Shown here one piece after another: positions 19,869 to 30,029 of a DNA stretch of 64,000 nt (within the stretch, counting starts at the first letter, position 1; each line of letters begins with the position of its first letter). The DNA lies in the NCBI GenBank assembly GCA_963422735.1, contig OY730476.1, positions 3,456,001-3,520,000 of the forward strand, written 5' to 3'. The notes beneath the pieces were generated by a model. It saw nothing but the letters and a program-made list of their open reading frames with translations. It was not told the DNA's origin and ran no database searches. Both the position numbers and the translations under genes were made by a program. Source of the stretch: Candidatus Latescibacterota bacterium. GTDB taxonomy: Bacteria; Latescibacterota; UBA2968; UBA8231.

Positions 19869-21539
19869 ATGCTATCCCGCTTGCTTCTCAACTCCCTTCT
19901 ATTCGGCTGGACCGCTGTGATGGGCTGGGCTGAGCCCCGCGACTTTCTTGTGCCCGACGCGACCGTCGTGGCCCGGGTATCAGACCAAGCGATTACCACG
20001 GACGACGTAGCTCGGATCCTCAAACGCCTCCAGCGATTGGGTCGCGATCAGTTATCCCCGGCGCAGGCTTTGCGCCCTCTGATTGATCGGAAAATCCTCT
20101 TCCTAGAAGCCGAAGCACAGGGGTTGGCCGCGGACTCGCTAGTTTTGGCACAACTCGCGGCCGCTACGAACCAGCGTCTCGTCGATCGCCTGTATCTAGC
20201 GGAAGTGTCCCAGTTGATTACTGTGTCGGAAGCCGAAATCCGCGAGCAGTACCGCGCCCTTGGCTTGGACCGCAAGAGGGAGGTCCGTGGCCGCCACATC
20301 GCCGCGGCCACCGAAGGAGAGGCTGTGCGGATGCTGGAGCAGTTGCGGAACGGCGCGGACTTTGCTGAACTGGCCCGGCAGTCCTCTCTCGACTCGGCTT
20401 CGGCTGCCAAGGGCGGCGATATGGGATTCTGGCAAGAGCAGGATGCTCGGCGCAGTGGATTCGTCAAGACCCTCTTCGCGCTCGACATCGGGGAAATATC
20501 CGAACCGTACCGAGATGCGCGGGGCGGCTATCACCTGATCCAGGCCACCGAGGAGCAACTCGTTGGATTCGAGCGATAGGCCGCAGGGATCCAGCGGTCC
20601 CTCGAGCGAGAGAAAAAAGAGGCACGTTGGCGCATCTACCTCGATACACAAGCAGAGCAATCTGGATTTGAGGTCGAGCAGAGCACTCTCGATTTTCTGA
20701 TCCAACAGGGACGACGTGCCCAAGACCTGATCCCCACCGTAGCGCTACTGGACGAGCGGAGGGTTCTATACCGCTTCGATGGAGGCGCGATCGAGCTGAC
20801 CGAATATGTGGAGATGCTCCGGGCCGTCCCCGCTCGCCGCCGCCCTTCGCCCGTCGATAGCACGGACATCACCCATTTCGTGCGGACCGAGGCACTTATA
20901 ACCCACATCCTCCCGAAGATCGCCAGGGAACGGGGCTGGCTGGAGGAGCCGCAGATGCGTCGGGGCCTAGCGCAGAAGCTCGAGGAACTACTGGTGGACC
21001 GCCTTCGTCGCGTCGAGGTAGAGCAGCCCTTCCTCGGCGAGACCTTGCTCCGTTCCTACTACGACGATCACCAGGATGAGTTTCGAGTCGCCGCGCGTGC
21101 CGTCGTCGAAGGTGGAATCCTGTCCTCACAAGCCGGCGAAGATCTCTTCGAGATCATGGCCGACTACCCCCTGTTTCTGGGAGAGTTCCGCAAGTACGAT
21201 GTGTTCACCATCGCCCCCGGTGACGCGACAAGCGCTCGGGATGCTATGAGCGAGGCGGCAGACGGAATGGTGCTAGGAGAGATCCGCGGCCCGGTGGCGA
21301 TCCGCTTTGCAAATAATCAGATAGGCTTTGTCGTTCTCAAGCTGCTGGAAATGCGACCGTCCCATATCCTTCCTTTCACCGCGTCCAAGGTCCAGCAGAC
21401 GGTGCGCCGCAAAATCAGAGCCGAACGCTACCGAGAAATCGAGATGGCATTTGAACAGTACATGGAGACGCTGCGCCAGAAATACGCTCTCCAGATAGTG
21501 ATTTACCAGCACGTGCTAAATGCCCTGCCGACGGGCTGA
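19869..21539 (+). pseudogene. Parvulin-type PPIase (PrsA/SurA-like) chaperone split by one in-frame TAG
   Basis: VRGRHI, GADFAELARQSSLD...KGGDMG; ORFs 19869..20579 and 20808..21539 share a frame and the gap is open apart from TAG 20577-20579. Confidence 0.8.
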
Positions 21540-22005
21540 AAATCTCAGAAGATGTTCTTTTGTGCCGTGGACCAGACGTCTGTCGCGGAGGAACTCAATT
21601 CATTGTCATCATCTTTCTGGCCGGCCTTTCGAGCCTACCCATCCCCTTCGTCAAGGTTTCCGTTCTGAAGCTGGGCGAGGCGATCCACCCTTTTGCCAAG
21701 AAAAGACTCTCCACCGTTAGGCAGTCTCCCTCCGACGAAGGGGTGCCGGCCATCATTCTGCGCGACGACTACAATCCGATGGATAGCTACGATCTGGGAC
21801 TGAGGGAAGCCAATCGGGGAGACATTCTGCAGACTACGGACTGGGAAATCCTGGCGCGTTGAGTTGGGCCTAGGGGGTTGGCGTCGTGGCGAGAGGCGGC
21901 GCAGCAGACAGGCTTATCGTCGGCTTTGCCGAATTCGCGGCGTTTGCCACCGGCGGCACGACTATCACGGCGGGCGCAAATACAACCGGCTCGGTGAACT
22001 TCTAC

Positions 22006-23016
22006 TTAAATCCCCAAGTACAAATCCCGTCCCTTGCCCAGTGCTGCGATCTTGCGGTCGGCGATGGAACGTTTGAGCATCCAGAAGCCGCAGTCTGGGT
22101 GGATGAAGCGAATGCGGTCGGGTCCGGCGGCGGCGGCGGCTTCTATGCGGCGGGCGATTTCTTCGGCTGTCTCGATGTGGTTGACCTTGATATCGATCAC
22201 GCCGATGCCAATGCCGATGCGCGGGTTGATGTGTCGTAGGGTGCTCAGGTCGCTCGCCGGGCGGTGGGCGAGCTCGAGCACCAAGTGATCGGCGCGCAGT
22301 TCGTTGAGAAAGTCGAGCAGGGCGCGCCACTCGCCCTGTTGGATGGTCTGGCCTCCGTAGTTGCCAAAGCAGAAGTGGACAGCTTTTTGGGTGCCTGCGT
22401 CGATGCAGTCGAGTACAGTGTTGATGGCGCGGGCCGCAAGAGGGCCGTCGGCTGGGTTGCCAGGGATGTTGGCCTCGTCGATCTGGATGCAGGCGCAGGG
22501 CAGGCCGCGGATTTGGTCGGCGAGGACGTGGGCTACTGCCATCAAAAGCGCGGCAAAGTCGCCGTAATGGTGATCGAGGAGGGTGCGGGCCAGCATGTAA
22601 GGGCTGGTCAAGGTGAACTTGAAGGAGCCGCCGGCCACGGCTGCGGCGCGGGCGCAGTCGGCGAACAGGTCGAGGCTGCCCGCGCCGAGTTCGGCTTCTA
22701 CTACAGCCGCGGGCTTGGCCCGGAAGCCCATGCTTTGTTTGGCGGCGAACTCCTCGGCCTCACGGCGGCCAAATTCTGCGCGAGTGCCGCCCATGGGCCG
22801 GACGAAGTACTCGATCATACCATTGGTGTCCGGGTGGTTGATGTCGAAGCGGTATAGCTCGCCGTCAGTGGGTAGGTCGATGCCGGCTTGGCGCTGGGTG
22901 TCGAACACCACGCGGGTGGCATCGACGAGGCTCTGCTCGGAGGGCAGGGCTTGGAGCCATTCCGGGACGGGATAGGAACCGACGGTCGTGGTCTGGATGG
23001 CGGGGGTGTTGGACAT
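22006..23016 (-). CDS. Cobalamin-independent methionine synthase II family (single-barrel MetE-like)
   Basis: TTTVGSYP, TDGE, QIDE, HFCFGN, HPDCG zinc ligands. Confidence 0.88.
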   Translation of the reverse strand: MSNTPAIQTTTVGSYPVPEWLQALPSEQSLVDATRVVFDTQRQAGIDLPTDGELYRFDINHPDTNGMIEYFVRPMGGTRAEFGRREAEEFAAKQSMGFRAKPAAVVEAELGAGSLDLFADCARAAAVAGGSFKFTLTSPYMLARTLLDHHYGDFAALLMAVAHVLADQIRGLPCACIQIDEANIPGNPADGPLAARAINTVLDCIDAGTQKAVHFCFGNYGGQTIQQGEWRALLDFLNELRADHLVLELAHRPASDLSTLRHINPRIGIGIGVIDIKVNHIETAEEIARRIEAAAAAGPDRIRFIHPDCGFWMLKRSIADRKIAALGKGRDLYLGI

Positions 23017-23101
23017 GATTGGCTACGATAAGTGCTCAGCGGCGGCAGCGCAATAGGTGCTACCGCCGCGAGCCAGAAGCCGAGGTATTGTTCGGCGACA
23101 T

Positions 23102-24230
23102 TCACATACGCTCGACATCGAAAGCCGCCAAGGTGCGGGTCTCCCGACTGAATTCCACTCCAATCAGGTAAATCGGCTCGCCTCGTCCGCGATACTTGGC
23201 CGCGTAGTCCCTCTCCTTCAACTGCCTGATCGCCGCCCCCGCCGACACCCGTTCCACCACCTTGAACTCAAACAGGTACACATTCTCATTGAACAGGACC
23301 GCCATGTCGAGGCGACCCTCCCGGCTACTGTCCTCGACCGCGATCGACAGCCCCAGCGACGCGAAGTAGGAGTAGAACAGGCTGGCGTAGTAGCCCTCGT
23401 AGTTGGCAATCTCGTTGTTGGTGTGCCACTGATAGGGGATGCTGGCAAAGAACGACGCAAACAGCACCTCTAAGCTGTCGAAGTCGTTGACCAGCAGCAG
23501 GTCGTATAGCCGAGCGCTGTACTCGGCCTGAAGCGAGGGATTGCCCGTCAGGTGGTTCAGCAGGCTCTCGTTCAGGCTTTGCTGCACCTCCCGGTTGGGG
23601 TAGCCCAGTCGGTAGTACATTCGCCCGCCGCGCGGCTCGGTGCGGCGAATAGTCAGGTAGCCGGTCTGGAACAGCAGTGCCTCGGTTGCAATGTGGTCCA
23701 CGTCAAACGCCGACAGCAACTCCTCGCTGCTGGGCATGTCGTCCAAGGCGAGGGCACTGATCCCCCGCGCCAGCAACGTCTCGAGCAGAAACGTCGGCGT
23801 ACCCGTCTCAAACCAGTAGGCGGCAAAGGCACGGCGACGAAACAGCAGCAGGACATCAAACGGGTTGTACACCGCCTCTTCGCCCAGCCAGTTATAGCCG
23901 TTGTACCAAGCGCGGATGGCGTTGCGGTCCAACCCGGGCAACTCCGAGGCGAACACTGCGTCCAAGTCCGCCTCGGTATAGCCGCAGACCGCCGAGTAGT
24001 GCGGCTCCAAGGTGATGTCGATGAGATTGTTGAGGCCGGAGAACAGGCTGACCTTGGAGAACTTGCTCACCCCGGTGAGGAAAGTGAACGCGATGTGCGC
24101 GTCGCTGTCCTTGATCGTCGCGTACAATCCGCGCAAGTAGTCGCGGTTGGCTCGGGCGACCTCCGGCACTTCCAGCGCGTCGAGAATGGGCTTGTCGTAC
24201 TCGTCAACTAGCACTGCTACTCGCTGACCT
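23102..24230 (-). pseudogene. AAA-ATPase-like plus PD-(D/E)XK nuclease protein, 5'-truncated
   Basis: VLVDEYDKP, FLTGVSKFSK.SLFSGLNN, WYNGY, YNPF, YWFETGTP, GRLD, FEFK; the Walker A-containing N-terminus and a start codon are missing. Confidence 0.8.
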
Positions 24231-24391
24231 TAATATAGCGGCAAACGGACGTCCCGGAGGACACCACCAGTAAATCCTCATGTCCGCCGTCACCTACTCA
24301 AGCATAAGATGCTCGTCCCATACCTCGATCCGCTCGGCGCGTCCTGCAAACCGATCGCTTTCCACTAGCTATGTGCCTGACCTGAAGACAG

Positions 24392-24435
24392 TGCCGCACC
24401 GCCTTCTGGACGGGCGTGTGCTGGGCGGTGCGGCA
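24392..24435. repeat. 12-bp perfect inverted repeat (hairpin) directly upstream of a promoter
   Basis: TGCCGCACCGCC ... GGCGGTGCGGCA. Confidence 0.6.
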
Positions 24436-24437
24436 GC

Positions 24438-24466
24438 TTGACAACTATACGTATGTTCAGTATATT
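24438..24466 (+). promoter_or_regulatory. Sigma70 promoter with a possible LexA-like box in the spacer
   Basis: TTGACA-N17-TATATT; the spacer contains ATAC-GTAT-GTTC. Confidence 0.65.
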
Positions 24467-24507
24467 TTGTGCCATTTGCCTGTTAGATCTCCTCGTCAGG
24501 AACTGCC

Positions 24508-25446
24508 ATGTCTCGGTCTCAGCAAGCCGTCCAAGAGCGCTATCGCCGGGCGCTCGACGCCTTGACCCAAAAGCTCCAGCAAGACCGCACAGTTTTGGCC
24601 GCCATCGTCTATGGCTCCTACTCGTACGACCAGGTTTGGGAGAAGTCCGACATCGACTTGTGGATCGTCATGGCCGACGACCCCAAGGTGAGGCGCTACA
24701 AAGACCACTGCCTCACCGAAGAAGGCGTTATCATCCACGCCAACCTCATCCCGCGCAAGCGCTTCCAGTTAAACATAGAAGGCTCGCGCCAAGGCGGTTG
24801 GCTCGACTTCACCTTCGCCCACAGCACTCTCTTGTTCTCCAAGGACGAATCCATTGCCGCGTGGTACAAAGACGCCGAGCGCATCGGCGCACGCGACCGC
24901 GACTACCAGTTGCTGCGGCGCGCCCTCCCGCTGTTGGCCACCTTGAACAAAGCCCAAAAATGGTACCAGGTGAAGAAGGACTACGACTATAGCTTCTTGT
25001 GGCTCCTCAACGTGGCCGATCAGCTCGCCAGCGTCGAGTGCATCCTCAATGGCCAAGCCCCGGGCCGCGAGGTCATTCACCAAGCCCTCGCCTTTAATCC
25101 CGAGTTCTTCAACGCCATCTACGCGGATCTGATCGCCGCTCCCAAAAACGCCCGCACCCTCGAGGCGGCCCTCCAGCGCGTAGATGCCTACCTCGACGAG
25201 CATCTCTGGGACATGTTCCGGCCCCTGCTCGACTATTTGGAGGAGGCCGAGGCCATGCGCACGGTGTCGGAAATAGAAGAGCACTTCAAGATGGAAGGCG
25301 CGGATTTTGCCTGCGAGTGGCTGGTTGAAAAGGGCTTGCTGCAAAAGATGTCGGCGCCGCTGCGCCTCACCGAAAAGAGCCGCATAGAGCTACAGGAAGC
25401 AGCCTATTACTACGACGGCGACGGATCCGATTGGGGCCTGCACTAA
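24508..25446 (+). CDS. Pol-beta-like nucleotidyltransferase domain protein
   Basis: VYGS...SDIDL (GS..DxD) motif followed by a helical C-terminal domain. Confidence 0.8.
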   Translation: MSRSQQAVQERYRRALDALTQKLQQDRTVLAAIVYGSYSYDQVWEKSDIDLWIVMADDPKVRRYKDHCLTEEGVIIHANLIPRKRFQLNIEGSRQGGWLDFTFAHSTLLFSKDESIAAWYKDAERIGARDRDYQLLRRALPLLATLNKAQKWYQVKKDYDYSFLWLLNVADQLASVECILNGQAPGREVIHQALAFNPEFFNAIYADLIAAPKNARTLEAALQRVDAYLDEHLWDMFRPLLDYLEEAEAMRTVSEIEEHFKMEGADFACEWLVEKGLLQKMSAPLRLTEKSRIELQEAAYYYDGDGSDWGLH

Positions 25447-25456
25447 CGCAATAAGT

Positions 25457-25550
25457 AGTGGTTGGTGGCCAGTGGTTGGTGGCCAGTGGTTAGTGGCCAG
25501 TGGTTGGTGATCCGTCCCATCCCCACCAGAGCGGGGACTAACCGCTAAAA
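25457..25550. repeat. Heptamer tandem repeat element (RGTGGYY)x8 with a short inverted arm
   Basis: AGTGGTT GGTGGCC AGTGGTT GGTGGCC AGTGGTT AGTGGCC AGTGGTT GGTGATC ... ACTAACC. Confidence 0.9.
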
Positions 25551-25560
25551 AGAGGTTACT

Positions 25561-28434
25561 ATGGCCATGCGAGACGCGATCGCCATTAAGGGCGCACGCG
25601 AGAACAACCTGCGGAACATCGACGTCAGCATTCCGCGTGATAAACTGGTCGTCATCACCGGCATCAGCGGCTCGGGCAAATCCTCGCTGGCCTTCGACAC
25701 GGTGTACGCCGAGGGTCAGCGGCGCTTCATGGAGTCCATGTCCACCTATGCCAAGCGCTTCGTCGAGCAGATGAAGAAGCCGGATGTCGATTTCGTCACC
25801 GGGCTTTCGCCGGTCATTTCCATTGAGCAGAAGACTGTCTTCAACAATCCGCGCTCGACGGTCGGCACCATGACCGACTTGTACGAATATCTGCGCATGC
25901 TCTACGCCACGGTAGGCCAGGCCCACTGCCCCTATTGCCGCCGTCCCATCGCCTACCGCACGCCCTACCAGATGGCCGAGCACTTGCTGTCCCTGCCAGA
26001 TGGGGCCGAGGTGGAAATCCGCGCTCCGGTTTTTAAGATCTACGGCGAGGACTACGCGTTCCTCTTTGACGACATTCGCACCAAGGGCTACCGGCGGGTG
26101 CGCATCGAGGGCGAGCTATGCGATCTGAGCGAGGATCTCGAGATCGACGAGAACGAGGATTTCCACCTCGAGGCGGTCATCGACCGCTTCGTCATCGGCG
26201 GCGACCTGCAAAAGCAACTACTCGCTTCTATTGAGCACGGCCTAGTCGTGGGCGAGAACTTTCTCAGCTTCCACCTGCTGAACCCCCAAATCGCTTCCGC
26301 CCAAGAGGTCGCGGCCTTCTACGAAGGCTTCGGCTGCCCCGAGCACCGCCTCAGCATGGCCGAGCTAACCCAAGGCTACTTCACCTTCAACGAGCCGCTC
26401 TCGGCCTGCGTCACCTGTTCGGGCTTGGGCACCTATTTACAGGTCCATCCCGATCTGCTGGTGCCCGACAAGAGCCGGAGTATTATCGACGGTGCCTTTG
26501 TGCGCGAGGCGTTCAACTACGACCGCAATGGGTGGGGTGGCCGCATCTTCTACAGCTTGGCCCAACACTACGGCTTCGACTTGGACGCGCCCTTTGCCGA
26601 GCTGTCCGACCGCATCGTTGATGTGCTCTTCTACGGCACCAAAGGCAAGCGCTTCACTATTGTCCTGCCGCCGGGCGCGACGGAGGGCCGTCGCTACAAA
26701 GGGCGCAAGGTTTCTTTTGATGGGATCATCAACCAAATCGATCGCCGCTATCGCCGCTACCGTCGCCAAGGAGTAGCACATTCGGGCATGGAGGACTACC
26801 TGCGCAAGGTCATGGTTGAGTACGACTGCCCAGACTGCGGCGGCACTCGTCTCAAAGCCACGCGCATGCTCGTCACCGTGGCCGGCCGCACCATCCACGA
26901 CCTGTGCGAGATGCACCTGCAAGAGCTGCGCGATTTTCTTAGCGACGTTTCCATGCCCGTGCAAAGAAAGCAGGCCGGCGAGCAGATCGTGCGCGAACTC
27001 GTGCTGCGGCTCGATCTCATCATGGGCATTGGCTTGGACTATCTCAGCCTTACGCGCAGGGCGGGGACCCTCTCCGGCGGCGAGGCCCAGCGCATTCGCC
27101 TGTCCACGCAGATTGGCTCCGGCCTAATGGGCATGCTCTATGTGCTCGACGAGCCTTCCATTGGCCTCCATCCCAAAGACAACGTCAAGATGATTGAGAC
27201 GCTCCGCCGCCTGCGCGATGTCGGCAACACGGTCATTGTAGTGGAGCACGACGAGGAGACCATTCGGGCGGCCGATCACATCATCGAACTCGGCCCCGGG
27301 CCGGGTGTGCATGGCGGCCGCATCGCCGCCGAGGGCACCATTCGCCAGATATTGAAAAACCCTGACTCCCTGACCGGCCAGTTTCTCACGGGCCGCCAGT
27401 GCATCAGCGTGCCGGCCGAGCGCCGCCCGCTCAACGGCTGCAACCTGCGCGTTCGCGGTGCCCGCGCCAACAACCTTGGCGACCTCGACGTCAAAATTCC
27501 CTTGGGGGTCTTTGTCTGTGTCAGTGGGGCCTCTGGCTCGGGCAAGAGCACCCTCGTCCACGACATTCTCTACAAGAAGCTCTACTCCATCTTCCACGAC
27601 AGCCGCGTGCTGTCGGGTGCGCACGACCGCCTCGACGGGGCTGAGCACATAAGCGATGTGATCAACATCGACCAATCTCCCATCGGCCGCTCGCCCCGCT
27701 CCAACCCGGCCACGTACATCGGTTTCTACGACAACATCCGCCGCCTCTTCGCCCAGACGCCCGAGGCCGAGGAACGCGGCTATACGGCCTCGCGCTTTAG
27801 CTTCAACGTCAAGGGAGGTCGCTGCGAGGAATGCGGCGGCGAGGGCACGGTCACCACCAAGCTGCACCTGATGGCCGATGTAGAGGTGCCCTGCCCCACC
27901 TGCAAGGGCGCGCGCTACAATCAGGACACGCTCGATGTTACCTTTCGGGGCAAGAACATCGCCGAAGTCTTGGCGATGACCATAGAGGAGGGGGTTGACT
28001 TTTTCGCCGACCAGAGGCTTATCGCCCACAAATTGGGTGTGCTCAACGATTTGGGGCTGGCCTATTTGCAAATTGGCCATCCGGCTCCCCTGCTGTCGGG
28101 AGGCGAGGCCCAGCGAGTCAAGCTGGCCGACGAACTGGGCAAACTCAAGCGTGGGAAGAGCAACCTCTACCTGCTCGACGAGCCTACCACCGGATTGCAC
28201 TTGGCCGATATTCAGCGCCTGCTCGACAGCCTCAACCGCCTAGTCGAGGCTGGACATACGGTCTTGGTCATCGAGCACCACCTCGATGTCATCAAGACCG
28301 CGGACTACATCATCGACTTAGGTCCCGAGGGCGGCCACAACGGCGGCCAGATCGTCGGCCAGGGTACCCCGGAGGAACTCGCCGAAGTGAGCGAGTCGTA
28401 CACCGGACAATTCCTCAAAAACTGCTTGGCCTGA
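25561..28434 (+). CDS. uvrA: Excinuclease ABC subunit A (possibly a paralog)
   Basis: [21 protein letters not shown], two LSGGEAQR signatures, zinc fingers, LDEP, VEHD/IEHH. Confidence 0.95.
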   Translation: MAMRDAIAIKGARENNLRNIDVSIPRDKLVVITGISGSGKSSLAFDTVYAEGQRRFMESMSTYAKRFVEQMKKPDVDFVTGLSPVISIEQKTVFNNPRSTVGTMTDLYEYLRMLYATVGQAHCPYCRRPIAYRTPYQMAEHLLSLPDGAEVEIRAPVFKIYGEDYAFLFDDIRTKGYRRVRIEGELCDLSEDLEIDENEDFHLEAVIDRFVIGGDLQKQLLASIEHGLVVGENFLSFHLLNPQIASAQEVAAFYEGFGCPEHRLSMAELTQGYFTFNEPLSACVTCSGLGTYLQVHPDLLVPDKSRSIIDGAFVREAFNYDRNGWGGRIFYSLAQHYGFDLDAPFAELSDRIVDVLFYGTKGKRFTIVLPPGATEGRRYKGRKVSFDGIINQIDRRYRRYRRQGVAHSGMEDYLRKVMVEYDCPDCGGTRLKATRMLVTVAGRTIHDLCEMHLQELRDFLSDVSMPVQRKQAGEQIVRELVLRLDLIMGIGLDYLSLTRRAGTLSGGEAQRIRLSTQIGSGLMGMLYVLDEPSIGLHPKDNVKMIETLRRLRDVGNTVIVVEHDEETIRAADHIIELGPGPGVHGGRIAAEGTIRQILKNPDSLTGQFLTGRQCISVPAERRPLNGCNLRVRGARANNLGDLDVKIPLGVFVCVSGASGSGKSTLVHDILYKKLYSIFHDSRVLSGAHDRLDGAEHISDVINIDQSPIGRSPRSNPATYIGFYDNIRRLFAQTPEAEERGYTASRFSFNVKGGRCEECGGEGTVTTKLHLMADVEVPCPTCKGARYNQDTLDVTFRGKNIAEVLAMTIEEGVDFFADQRLIAHKLGVLNDLGLAYLQIGHPAPLLSGGEAQRVKLADELGKLKRGKSNLYLLDEPTTGLHLADIQRLLDSLNRLVEAGHTVLVIEHHLDVIKTADYIIDLGPEGGHNGGQIVGQGTPEELAEVSESYTGQFLKNCLA

Positions 28435-28446
28435 GAAGCCATTTCC

Positions 28447-28577
28447 AGTGGCCGGCGACCAGTGATCAGTGACCAGTCCGATCTTGCCTCCCTTGGGAAT
28501 GGTGGTGGGAACTAACCACTAACCACTAACCACTGACCACTAACCACTGACCACTAACCACTAACCACTAACCACTG
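28447..28577. repeat. Heptamer tandem repeat palindrome: 4 AGTGRYC-like units, spacer, 9 ACTRACC units
   Basis: Lies between convergent uvrA and moaB; the last units encode the moaB Ser-Gly-stop. Confidence 0.9.
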
Positions 28578-29089
28578 TTTTCAGACAACCTCGGCATTAG
28601 ATCGACGAGGTTACAGGGCTGGTTGGTGGAATCTAGCTGCGGCCCGATGAGCTTGTCCCAGCCGGTAGCGCAAGCCCCCGAGGAGCCAGGCAGGCAGAAG
28701 ATGTAGGTGCTGTTGGCGACGCCGGCCACGCAGCGCGACTGCAAGGTCGCGGTGCCGATCTCCTCGTAGGAAAGTACGCGGAAGACCTCGCCAAAGCCCT
28801 CGATTTCCTTGTCAAAGAGCACGCTGACGGCCTCGGGCGTGCCGTCGCGGCCGGTGAGGCCGGTGCCGCCGGTGCTGATGACGGCTTGGACGCGAGGCTC
28901 GGCGATCCACTGCGAGACTTGAGCGCGGAGCTGATAGATGTCGTCGGGCAGGATTTGCTTTTCGTGCAGAATGTGGCCGGCCGCTTCGAGGCGCTCGACC
29001 AGCAGCTTGCCGGACTTGTCGGTCGCTTCGTCGCGGGTATCGGAGACCGTGAGCACGGCGATGCACACGGGGACGCGGTCTTGGGTCAT
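28568..29089 (-). CDS. moaB: Molybdenum cofactor biosynthesis protein B
   Basis: AVLTVSDTR, DKSG, TGGTGLTGRDGTPEA, LQSR, LPGS, PCN. Confidence 0.95.
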   Translation of the reverse strand: MTQDRVPVCIAVLTVSDTRDEATDKSGKLLVERLEAAGHILHEKQILPDDIYQLRAQVSQWIAEPRVQAVISTGGTGLTGRDGTPEAVSVLFDKEIEGFGEVFRVLSYEEIGTATLQSRCVAGVANSTYIFCLPGSSGACATGWDKLIGPQLDSTNQPCNLVDLMPRLSENSG

Positions 29090-29922
29090 GGTGTACCTCT
29101 CGGTGAAGGGGATATGAGTTCAATCTGGTAGAGCTTGGGCCACCACTTGCCGGTGACGAAGAGGCGCTCGTCCTCGAAATCGTAGGCAATGCCATTGAGC
29201 ACCTCGGCGTTAGAGCCGCGGCGGTCGGCGTCACTCAACAGTCCGGTCAGGTCTATCCACCCCACGACTTGGCCGGTCGCCGGGTCAATGCGGGCAATGG
29301 TGTCGGTCTGCCAGATATTGGCAAAGACCTCGCCGGCGACCCATTCCAGTTCGTTGAGCTGAGATACGGGGCGGCCTTGGGCCACAACGGCGACCCGGCT
29401 CACTTCGGCAAAGGTAAACGGATCGCGGAAGTACAGGGTCGCACTGCCATCGCTCATAATGAGTAGTTCGCCATCGTACGTCAGCCCCCAACCCTCGGTG
29501 GGATAGGCCAATTCCGCTAGATGCTCAAAAGAATCGAGACGATAGGCAAACCCCTTGTTAGCCCGCCAAGTTAGCTGGAGAAGGCGATTGCCGAAGAGGG
29601 CGAGTCCCTCGGCGAAGAAGTGCTCTTCTAGCTGGTGGAGTTGCACGACGGCCCCTGTTTCGAGCTCGACCTTGCGCAGGGACGACTGGCCGTACTGGCC
29701 GGTGCTTTCGTAGAGAAAGCCGTCGTCGTAGAGTAGCCCTTGGGTATAGGCGTCTGGATCGTGCGGAAAGGTGCGGGCGACTCGGTAGGAGTACGTGGGG
29801 ATTTCAGGGGGCTGTTGCGGCTGGAGGGCGGCGGGTTCAGTGCCGTCGTTAGGTGGGGCCAGACAACTGGCATGGGTCGCCAAGAGCAAGGCGATGGCGA
29901 TGGACTGTACCTTGCGGATCAT
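29086..29922 (-). CDS. Glutaminyl-peptide cyclotransferase (type I QC) lipoprotein
   Basis: FPHDPDAYTQGL, YESTGQYG, FAEG, EGWG, MSDGS, LNELE, ANIW, VLNGIAY, TGKWW. Confidence 0.92.
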   Translation of the reverse strand: MIRKVQSIAIALLLATHASCLAPPNDGTEPAALQPQQPPEIPTYSYRVARTFPHDPDAYTQGLLYDDGFLYESTGQYGQSSLRKVELETGAVVQLHQLEEHFFAEGLALFGNRLLQLTWRANKGFAYRLDSFEHLAELAYPTEGWGLTYDGELLIMSDGSATLYFRDPFTFAEVSRVAVVAQGRPVSQLNELEWVAGEVFANIWQTDTIARIDPATGQVVGWIDLTGLLSDADRRGSNAEVLNGIAYDFEDERLFVTGKWWPKLYQIELISPSPRGTP

Positions 29923-30029
29923 GTGGGGTAAAATACGGGGCGCGTTAGAGAGGGCAAGGTGCAGGGCGGCTTGCTTGTTGGGGGTGGGGCATCTGTTAGA
30001 ATTACGCAGAAACATCGAGGAGGAAAACC

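Noticed and set aside
21560-21862. 100-aa ORF after the PPIase
   Set aside because: No credible start or recognisable family; possibly fused remnants, so not called.
21900-21965. Minus-strand GGCAAAC...CGAA...GGCAAAGCC resembling a c-di-GMP-I riboswitch
   Set aside because: It lacks the conserved GACGC junction and second stem, and no clear downstream gene exists.
27124-28200. Long antisense ORFs (this one, 60938..62188, 52370..53332 and similar)
   Set aside because: They are shadow frames of well-supported genes, as expected in GC-rich DNA.
25457-28577. Heptamer arrays as CRISPR arrays
   Set aside because: Units are 7 bp, contiguous, lack unique spacers, and no cas genes are present.
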